Below the pieces are notes generated by a model. That model was not told where the DNA came from and made no database searches. It was given only the letters and a program-made list of their open reading frames with translations. From a virus (lineage: Duplodnaviria > Caudoviricetes), in the IMG/VR virus record IMGVR_UViG_3300020045_005188, positions 1-30,331 of that record: a stretch of DNA of 30,331 bases. One strand, given 5' to 3'. Made by a program: the position numbers and the translations under genes. Position 1 is the stretch's first letter. Each line of letters opens with the position of its first letter. Below are positions 1 to 6,681 of this stretch, one piece after another.

Positions 1-191
1 AACCAGTGGGCAGGAATCTCTTTAAAGCGGGGATTCTTCTGGAATTCTAATACTTTTTCTATAGTTCCTTCGGCTTTTGTCTTGGCAACAAGCATATCCA
101 TATAGGCAATTGGAGTTACTTTGGAAAGAATTACCTCCTTCCCTATATGAAAATGCCCACATTTACATGGTTCCATTCGATCTTTACCCAT
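1..191 (-). CDS. Hypothetical protein, 3' end runs off the window (MGKDRMEPCKCGHFHIGKEV...)
   Basis: Manually translated from the ATG at 191; frame open to base 1; CKCGHFH motif; same strand as its neighbours. Confidence 0.65.
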   Translation of the reverse strand, partial: MGKDRMEPCKCGHFHIGKEVILSKVTPIAYMDMLVAKTKAEGTIEKVLEFQKNPRFKEIPAHW

Positions 192-204
192 TATTTTATA
201 CATT

Positions 205-594
205 CTAAGATTTGTTGGTATGTAACACATGCTTTTCTCTCTCTATAACATATTTAAATAACTCTTCTACTGCTTTATGTTCGGTAAAAATATCTTCTTT
301 TTCATTGGCGAGGTTCAAATCTTCATATCCTTTATAGAAATCTAAAGCTAATTTCTTTAAATTTATTGAATCTTCGAGTTCTTTTATCTCTTTTGTAATG
401 CGCTCGACGTCTTTATGCCCACCAAAGCCAGATAATTTATTAATATCAGCTACAATATATTTATTTTTTAGATCCGAATCACAAATATATTGATCCAACA
501 GTCTATTCTTTACTGTTTTTTCTTCGATATCAACCACGGAAACGAATGGAACTATTCGATAAGTTCCATCTTCGTATTCAAATATTACCTTCAT
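205..594 (-). CDS. Hypothetical protein with a coiled-coil segment
   Basis: 129 aa ORF in a tightly packed minus-strand run. Confidence 0.7.
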   Translation of the reverse strand: MKVIFEYEDGTYRIVPFVSVVDIEEKTVKNRLLDQYICDSDLKNKYIVADINKLSGFGGHKDVERITKEIKELEDSINLKKLALDFYKGYEDLNLANEKEDIFTEHKAVEELFKYVIEREKHVLHTNKS

Positions 595-602
595 TATATC
601 AT

Positions 603-1034
603 CTACTCACTTGCCGACAATGTTCGGAGTATAAATAGTTTTTCATCAAGGAAAATTTCTTTTGCACCCTCACCTTTTACATGTTCGATTGCACTTTCCT
701 CATATGAAAGTTCATCATGCCCACGGATTTCTCCATCTTTGTGTACTCTTATATGCTCTTGCCTCCAATATCCATCACTGTCTATATACATTCTTCGCAT
801 GGAGGTGACTTGCCCCTCATCTCCAAATGAGAAATAATTGGGTTGGTATCCAATTTTAATTAATTTAGATTCAACCGTCTCAATATTTTCCTCACTTGGA
901 AACCACGCTAAATTTGTTTCATTGTTGTCTAGTTTTAAATATCCAATATGATATGCTTCTCGTTCGCTTTTAAATGCATTGAGTACATATTTTTTCCAAA
1001 ACTGCCACATTTTAACTTTAAATTCAAATATCAT
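603..1034 (-). CDS. Hypothetical protein with a His-rich C-terminal motif (RQEHIRVH...GHDE...EH)
   Basis: 143 aa ORF abutting the upstream gene; globular composition. Confidence 0.7.
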   Translation of the reverse strand: MIFEFKVKMWQFWKKYVLNAFKSEREAYHIGYLKLDNNETNLAWFPSEENIETVESKLIKIGYQPNYFSFGDEGQVTSMRRMYIDSDGYWRQEHIRVHKDGEIRGHDELSYEESAIEHVKGEGAKEIFLDEKLFILRTLSASE

Positions 1035-1283
1035 TTACTTTATCTCCGTCTTTACTGGTTCATTTACTATTACAACTTTCTCTGGAATAGGAATGGGTTT
1101 AGGTTTGTTCCTATTTCTATACTCTTCGAGAGATGCCTTGGCTTCTGCCTTGGCTTTCTCCCATATTTTTATATTTGTATCACATGCTTTGACATTCTTG
1201 ATCAAAGTATTTTCTAATATATTGTCGGTGTCGACAATCTCTGCCATTTTTATTTTCATTTTATTCTCCTTTTTTGGTTTCAA
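1035..1283 (-). CDS. Small hypothetical protein (true start may be ~1259)
   Basis: 82 aa ORF; GGAG-like SD precedes the internal MKIKM start. Confidence 0.6.
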   Translation of the reverse strand: MKPKKENKMKIKMAEIVDTDNILENTLIKNVKACDTNIKIWEKAKAEAKASLEEYRNRNKPKPIPIPEKVVIVNEPVKTEIK

Positions 1284-1659
1284 CCATCAATCTATCCACG
1301 ATCTCATTCAATGTCTCGCACTCGATGGGTATTCTTCTACCACCAGACAGTGGATAAGCCCTGCAAATATCCGGTCTTGCATTATAAATCTTGCATCTAT
1401 TATTTTCATCAAGGAATGCGCAGGGATTTTCTTGTTTGAAGTGACTTATACCGGGCTTACCGGGATAAACTTCTGTATATAATTTCTTAAACTCTTTAAC
1501 ATCCATGTGTAATGCATGCGCCATGACCCTAATATCCTTGGGATTCACGACAATCGGTGAGCAGTGGCAGCATCTTCCACAACCAACACACTTATGTTCA
1601 TCTCTTAGTCTCTTATAAAGATCTCTTGGGATCTTTCCATCAAATTGTCTTCTTAACAT
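1261..1659 (-). CDS. YkgJ/FliB-like CxxCxxCC cysteine-cluster (Zn or Fe-S) protein
   Basis: CVGCGRCC ... CAFLDENNRCKIYNARPDICRAYP ... C signature. Confidence 0.85.
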   Translation of the reverse strand: MLRRQFDGKIPRDLYKRLRDEHKCVGCGRCCHCSPIVVNPKDIRVMAHALHMDVKEFKKLYTEVYPGKPGISHFKQENPCAFLDENNRCKIYNARPDICRAYPLSGGRRIPIECETLNEIVDRLMVETKKGE

Positions 1660-1802
1660 TCTTCTTCTCCGTGTGTATCTTTTCTAATACAGCTTCTGTT
1701 AAAGCACGCAACGTGCATATAACCAATAACAATACCCATATGGGTATCTTGTATAAACGATTTCTTTTCGTTTATTTCTTTACCGCATCTTTTACAATTC
1801 AT
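1653..1802 (-). CDS. 49 aa Zn-finger microprotein (MNCKRCGKEI...HVAC)
   Basis: Not in the ORF track; manually translated; CxxC...HxxC; GAGG SD; overlaps both neighbours. Confidence 0.65.
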   Translation of the reverse strand: MNCKRCGKEINEKKSFIQDTHMGIVIGYMHVACFNRSCIRKDTHGEEEC

Positions 1803-1921
1803 ATTTCCTCAAACCAATCATCAAACCCCTTTATCTTGGGGAACATTCTTCGGCACTCATCACACTTCCAACAATCTTCATTGTCAAAGTTGATACATCT
1901 TTTTGCATCTTTACAAACCAT
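1799..1921 (-). CDS. 40 aa Cys-rich microprotein (MVCKDAKRCINFDNEDCWKCDECRR...)
   Basis: Manually translated; its stop overlaps the next start (ATGA). Confidence 0.6.
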   Translation of the reverse strand: MVCKDAKRCINFDNEDCWKCDECRRMFPKIKGFDDWFEEI

Positions 1922-2399
1922 AACAATCCACTGATTTAATGGGTGCTATTTCACCCGGTTTTATTTTAAGTATGTAATCTACTTTCTTTTCAACGCGTGT
2001 TTTCTCATCTGTTCCTATGCTAACAACAAAATCAACTTTGTTTTTTCCATTGCTAATGGCAAAGAAATTCATACTGTCAATTGTTCGCATATGACTTCCG
2101 ACAATATAACCATATTCATTCCAGTAAGTATAAACCCAGAATTCTGTTCTACCTTTAAAATCCTTTCTCAGATTTTGGTATCTAGATACTTGCTTATAGC
2201 TTACTGCTTTTCGATATGTATTGGTAGTTTCCTTCAACTCGATTATTTTAATACGATCTTTATAAAATACAATCATATCTGTGAGTTGCTTTACGTCTTC
2301 CTCGCCATTCAAATCGGCATTCCCTTCATCCGAAATTATATATGTTAGGGCGCCTTTCTTTATGAACTCGTGTCCGAGTTGATGTTTCCAATCAATCAT
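1911..2399 (-). CDS. PD-(D/E)xK nuclease, Holliday junction resolvase/VRR-NUC-like
   Basis: TDMIVF...IIELK...YKQ motif; start moved to 2399 because of ATGA coupling with the upstream ORF. Confidence 0.6.
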   Translation of the reverse strand: MIDWKHQLGHEFIKKGALTYIISDEGNADLNGEEDVKQLTDMIVFYKDRIKIIELKETTNTYRKAVSYKQVSRYQNLRKDFKGRTEFWVYTYWNEYGYIVGSHMRTIDSMNFFAISNGKNKVDFVVSIGTDEKTRVEKKVDYILKIKPGEIAPIKSVDCYGL

Positions 2400-2560
2400 T
2401 TTACACCATGTTGAATTTTTCTTAATATACATTCATTACTAAAACCTGCAATCATTTCATATAGTTTAGCGTTCTTTTTTATTGTCTCTTTAATAAATTC
2501 GATATCACAATTAAAAATTGCTTTCTCTCTACGGAGTCTTTCTTCTATACTTACTTCCAT
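2396..2560 (-). CDS. 54 aa hypothetical protein (MEVSIEERLRREKAIF...)
   Basis: Manually translated; fills the gap and overlaps both neighbours. Confidence 0.6.
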   Translation of the reverse strand: MEVSIEERLRREKAIFNCDIEFIKETIKKNAKLYEMIAGFSNECILRKIQHGVK

Positions 2561-3063
2561 ACTAATTTTCCTGTTATGTAATCCATGAATACTTTTCTCA
2601 TGGAATGTTCTTCATCGCTTTCAAAGCTTGATATATATATGTTTTGTGTTTTCTTGAATTTCTTTAATTCCTCTATTCTTTTTTGGGCATCGGGTAACTG
2701 TAATCTTTCTAAGTACAATCGCCTGACCATATCCCAAGTTATTTTTCCTCCCTTATAATCCAACCAGATACGATATGGAAGTCCCAGTAATGTACCATTC
2801 TGCACATTCGTTGAGACTCCAACATAGATAGCATTTGGATGAGTTTTACGATGCCTCTTAATTTCAGAAGCTTGTATGGGTATGAACTCTCCCTCCGTTG
2901 TAATTGGAGTTACTGGAAAATACGCCATAATCATTTTCTCCATTATTATTTCTTTAGGTATATTTTCAATATCAGAAATGTCATCTAATCTACGCATGAC
3001 ATCTTTGGATATATTTAAATATAATTTCGTTTTTGAAGACGATGCTTCTTTTCGTGTATTCAT
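2551..3063 (-). CDS. N-terminal ribbon-helix-helix domain fused to a DUF488-like domain; putative regulator
   Basis: KTKLYLNISKDVMRRLDDIS...IPKEIIMEKMI fits RHH; ITWDMVRRLYLERL...IYISSFESDEEHSMRKVF resembles DUF488; first gene after the leftward promoter. Confidence 0.55.
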   Translation of the reverse strand: MNTRKEASSSKTKLYLNISKDVMRRLDDISDIENIPKEIIMEKMIMAYFPVTPITTEGEFIPIQASEIKRHRKTHPNAIYVGVSTNVQNGTLLGLPYRIWLDYKGGKITWDMVRRLYLERLQLPDAQKRIEELKKFKKTQNIYISSFESDEEHSMRKVFMDYITGKLVWK

Positions 3064-3086
3064 TATTCTCCTTTTTATATCAATTG

Positions 3087-3104
3087 TATATAAGCATTTC
3101 GTTT
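3087..3104 (-). promoter_or_regulatory. Leftward archaeal promoter (BRE+TATA)
   Basis: Minus strand reads AAACGAAATGCTTATATA, ending ~24 nt before the ATG at 3063. Confidence 0.7.
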
Positions 3105-3115
3105 GTATTGTAGAA

Positions 3116-3134
3116 AAACCGAAAGCTTTATATA
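3116..3134 (+). promoter_or_regulatory. Rightward archaeal promoter for the packaging operon
   Basis: AAACCGAAAGCTTTATATA; related motif recurs at four other gene boundaries. Confidence 0.85.
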
Positions 3135-3156
3135 CTATGAAAGCTATTATTAGATT

Positions 3157-3200
3157 GGGAAAACATCCTGAACCATGAAAGCGTGGTTCCTAATTTTCCC
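3157..3200 (+). other. Structured 5' leader (nested stem-loop)
   Basis: Outer stem GGGAAAA (3157-3163) / TTTTCCC (3194-3200); inner stem GAACCATG (3170-3177) / CGTGGTTC (3182-3189). Confidence 0.55.
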
Positions 3201-3209
3201 GGGACTACT

Positions 3210-3374
3210 ATGACCAACATTAATCTAGGACAAAACGCGAGTGGCGTATTTTTAAAGACTAGCTTTGGCTATGTACAAGTTCCAGAAACATGTGAGTGTC
3301 TCGGGGCTTATTTCTTTAATGAACATGGCGAAGTTGAGTGCAATAAATGCCACATGATATTTAATGGAGTATAA
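3210..3374 (+). CDS. Small Zn-ribbon protein, TFIIB-ribbon-like
   Basis: CEC...HGEVECNKC; ATG at 3210 preferred over GTG at 3183, which lies in the hairpin. Confidence 0.6.
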   Translation: MTNINLGQNASGVFLKTSFGYVQVPETCECLGAYFFNEHGEVECNKCHMIFNGV

Positions 3375-3376
3375 TT

Positions 3377-3796
3377 ATGGCAGCAAAGAAATGCCCAATA
3401 TGCGAACATCCAGACCGAAAATTCATCGAAGCTGATTTATTTGATGGTGGGCCGGGTAACAGTTTTCAAGAACTATGTAGTAGATATAGAGTCACGTCTG
3501 CTAAACTCCTTATCCATAAGGAACAGCACATGGTTGATTGTTCACAGAAATTAGTTGCCTTGGTCAATGACGAATATGAAAAGAAAATGCAAAAGACAGG
3601 TATTGCAAAAGCACTCACAAGTCTTGAAGTATTAGATCTTATAATTGCAAAAGCTCCAGAGTTACTGGATAGGACTTCAATGAATGATATTCTTAGGGCT
3701 TTAAAGTTGAAGGCTGAATTACTTGGCGACATTTCACAAAAAACTTCTGTTGAATTATCATGGCTTAAAGATTTACCCGATCCGGAAAAAAAATAA
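3377..3796 (+). CDS. Probable terminase small subunit (Zn-finger/HTH plus helical region)
   Basis: CPICEHPDR...HKEQH; helical C-terminus; upstream of the large terminase. Confidence 0.6.
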   Translation: MAAKKCPICEHPDRKFIEADLFDGGPGNSFQELCSRYRVTSAKLLIHKEQHMVDCSQKLVALVNDEYEKKMQKTGIAKALTSLEVLDLIIAKAPELLDRTSMNDILRALKLKAELLGDISQKTSVELSWLKDLPDPEKK

Positions 3797-3800
3797 AGTT

Positions 3801-4322
3801 ATGATTCTATGCCAATGCGGATGTGGTGGGGAAATAATTATTTATCCCCATCATAAATATACGGGAATACCAAAATATATAAATGGTCATAATTCTAAAA
3901 CAAATAATCCAATGTATGGTATTCGTCTTCTTGGTGAATCAAATGGAAATTGGAAAGGTGGAATTACCAAATTAAATAATTCAATATGAACACATGATAA
4001 ATATTCTAACTGGCGTACTCAAGTCTTCGGAAGAGATAACTTCACATGTCAAGAATGTGGAAAGAGAGGAGACTGGTTAGAAGTACATCATTTAAAATCA
4101 TTTAATTCAATAATAAGGGATTACAATATTCAATCAATAGAAGATGCATTGAATTGTAATTACCTATGGGATTTAAATAATGGAATGACATTGTGTAGAA
4201 AATGTCATGAGAAAACATTTAAAGAAGTGAAAAAATATGAATCAGAAAACCCAAACTTTTACAGGACAAGATACCGGATCATATACAACCGGCACAACTT
4301 ATGTACCCAATGTGGTATATGA
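3801..4322 (+). pseudogene. HNH endonuclease interrupted by an in-frame TGA at 3987-3989
   Basis: Reading through the stop gives WRTQVFGRDNFTCQECG...EVHH...NGMTLCRKCH, colinear with the intact paralogue at 24713; the stop aligns with Arg. Confidence 0.85.
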
Positions 4323-4524
4323 TAAGATAGAATTTTGCCCGTTCTGTGGAAAGAAACTTCCCAACACAAACAACACAATAATATACTGTCCTTACTGTGG
4401 AAAATTAATTCCTCACACAACCACACAGGGTATGATTATATACCATTGGAATTATCCGGATGGGACACCCTCGTGGCCCAGAGATGGGACAGTATATCCA
4501 TATATAACTTGTAACACAAAATGA
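4237..4524 (+). CDS. Double zinc-ribbon protein
   Basis: FCPFCGKKL...YCPYCGKLI. Confidence 0.7.
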   Translation: MNQKTQTFTGQDTGSYTTGTTYVPNVVYDKIEFCPFCGKKLPNTNNTIIYCPYCGKLIPHTTTQGMIIYHWNYPDGTPSWPRDGTVYPYITCNTK

Positions 4525-4739
4525 CAGATAATATAAATCAAATGACATCCGCAATGTATACATTAATACATAAGGGAATTGTCATTGTGCAAAAAGATGG
4601 AAGTCTTTCTTACAAGGAAGAAGATACTAAAAAATTCGAACTTGCAGTTCTAGGTTTCTTAGATGAAGATTCTCTTAGAAGAAAGATTACATCATTAAAA
4701 AAAGAAATATCAAAGTACGAAGCCGTTTTAAATACATGA
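4521..4739 (+). CDS. Hypothetical protein
   Basis: ATGA overlaps at both ends. Confidence 0.7.
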   Translation: MTDNINQMTSAMYTLIHKGIVIVQKDGSLSYKEEDTKKFELAVLGFLDEDSLRRKITSLKKEISKYEAVLNT

Positions 4740-6292
4740 CAAATTTAAGAATCGACCTTGGCAATGGGGACTACAAAGAACTTAGTTTTTATACTTTTAC
4801 CAAGTATGTATTGGGATATAATAAGCTTGATGAAGTTCATAAGCTGTGGTGTGAAGAAGCCGATTCTTGTCATAAACGAAAACTCTTTTTAAAGCCCAGA
4901 GGTACATATAAGTCTACTGTATATACAGTGGCTTATATTCTTTGGAAACTCGTTCAGAATCCCAATGAACGTATTCTTATTTGCAACGCTACCGGAGACA
5001 ATGCAGAAGCATTTCTTAGAGAAATAAATGCTCACTTCATTAGAAATGAAAGGTTCATTCAACTCTTTGGTAAATTAGTTGATGATAGATCCGCAAAGGT
5101 ATCTTCAACAACCCTCAATAATAGAACAGTCTTCAGTAAAGAACCAAGCATCTCAACGATCGGTGTTCTTGGTAACTTAGTATCCGCTCACTACTCTACT
5201 ATCATTGCAGACGACTTGTGTAATAACATGGATAGGGAATCTGAAACCATACGAGAGAAGAAAAAGAAATGGGTACAAGACTTGATGTCTGTACTGGATC
5301 CTGATGGTGAAATTGTAGTAGTCGGAACAGTATGGCATTATGAAGACCTTTATGCTTTTATAGAAAAGAAACTTGATCCCCAACTCAAACCAGAAGAGAA
5401 ATGGTTCATAAGAAAAGAATCATGCTATCTCGAGGATGAGAAAACTCCCCGCTTCCCAACTATCTTACCAGAAGATGTAATGGAAAGACTTAAGATTGAA
5501 AAGGGGGTTTTGGAGTTCAGCTCACAGTATATTAATAAAGCTTTACCAACCGAATCACAAATCTTTTTCGAAGCCGATTTTAAAATATTTGAATATCTCG
5601 GAACCAATAGAGTTTTGGATGATGGAGTAATCAAGACAGTTGACTTTGTGGGTTACTGCGACTTGAGTATCGGCAAATCAAAATCATCTGACTTTACTGG
5701 ACTGGTAACATTGGGTAAGTCGAAAGATGGTATAGTATATATAATAGATGTTGTTCTTAAAAGAATGCCACCTGACACAACAATGGAAACTATATTTGCT
5801 AAACACAAAATTTTTAATTATAAAAATTATGGTGTGGAGTCAAATGTATTTCAGTCTTTATTTTCTTCACAGATGAAAAAATATTCGGCTGCCAATCAAT
5901 GCTATTTACCGATAATTGAAGTTGGTCATAGTGCCAATAAACAATTGCGAATACAATCTCTCCAACCAATCATTAAACAGGGTCTATTAAAGATCAGAGC
6001 CGATTGGAAATCCGATGGAGATTACAAAGAGATGATGAACCAATTTACATACTTCCCGCTTGCTGGTCACGACGATGGACCGGATGCAGTGGAAGGAGCT
6101 TTCTCTTTATTAAAAAAGGCGGGAAACTGGAGAGGCACTCCGTACTTTGCCAGTCCCGCCGTTGTAACTGATGTGTCGGGATTTACCACAGATCAGGACA
6201 TGGGCAAATTTGAAATTCAAATGTCAGACAAACCAGAGAAAGAACAATTTTTTGGCAACTATTTAAATCCATCAGGAAATCAACCATGGTAA
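4736..6292 (+). CDS. terL: Terminase large subunit
   Basis: Walker A-like PRGTYKST, Walker B IIADD, coupling motif VGTVWH, RNase H-like nuclease YCDLS...SDFTG...GVESN...HDDGPDAV. Confidence 0.95.
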   Translation: MTNLRIDLGNGDYKELSFYTFTKYVLGYNKLDEVHKLWCEEADSCHKRKLFLKPRGTYKSTVYTVAYILWKLVQNPNERILICNATGDNAEAFLREINAHFIRNERFIQLFGKLVDDRSAKVSSTTLNNRTVFSKEPSISTIGVLGNLVSAHYSTIIADDLCNNMDRESETIREKKKKWVQDLMSVLDPDGEIVVVGTVWHYEDLYAFIEKKLDPQLKPEEKWFIRKESCYLEDEKTPRFPTILPEDVMERLKIEKGVLEFSSQYINKALPTESQIFFEADFKIFEYLGTNRVLDDGVIKTVDFVGYCDLSIGKSKSSDFTGLVTLGKSKDGIVYIIDVVLKRMPPDTTMETIFAKHKIFNYKNYGVESNVFQSLFSSQMKKYSAANQCYLPIIEVGHSANKQLRIQSLQPIIKQGLLKIRADWKSDGDYKEMMNQFTYFPLAGHDDGPDAVEGAFSLLKKAGNWRGTPYFASPAVVTDVSGFTTDQDMGKFEIQMSDKPEKEQFFGNYLNPSGNQPW

Positions 6293-6681
6293 CACCAATC
6301 ATACACCCAGCAAGAAAGAAGCCACTTATACCCGTTATTCGTATACATCCAGATGGTACAACTCAAACCTATTGGATTTCTTTAGAGAAATTCATGGAAG
6401 AACGAAACAAGGGAGTTAAGCTTAAAAGAATTCCACGGAAGGATTATATGAGTGTTAGGGTTCCAGCAGAACCTGCTTCTGAATATGAAGTTGAGTTCAT
6501 TGAGAACTTGGTGGATTTTGATGTTGCTGGACTTGAAGTTGATAAGGATAAATTTGAAGTTGAATTGGTTGCCGAAGTTCGCATTAAAAAGAACGGTGAA
6601 TCTCTGACAACTTTACCTTTAAAAGTTAATAAAGAACAGATAGCTAGAGCAGTATTGGCAAGAATACTGGGGACTAAATAA
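6286..6681 (+). CDS. Hypothetical protein between terminase and portal
   Basis: 131 aa ORF overlapping both neighbours. Confidence 0.7.
   Translation: MVTPIIHPARKKPLIPVIRIHPDGTTQTYWISLEKFMEERNKGVKLKRIPRKDYMSVRVPAEPASEYEVEFIENLVDFDVAGLEVDKDKFEVELVAEVRIKKNGESLTTLPLKVNKEQIARAVLARILGTK

Noticed and set aside
490-3178. Plus-strand ORFs 490, 948, 979, 1557, 2091 and 2876
   Set aside because: Antisense shadows of a tightly coupled minus-strand gene run; Phe/Ser/Ile-rich with no motifs
3135-3209. tRNA gene in the structured intergenic region
   Set aside because: Only a 44-nt nested hairpin; no cloverleaf or T-loop consensus
3723-3800. Upstream starts given by the ORF track (3723, also 9087, 10751, 16370, 16723, 24626, 26914)
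   Set aside because: They overlap neighbouring genes, promoters or SD sites; downstream ATGs have better SD or coupling context
3987-3989. TGA as selenocysteine or genome-wide TGA recoding
   Set aside because: The position aligns with Arg, not Cys, and TGA is the normal stop of many coupled genes here
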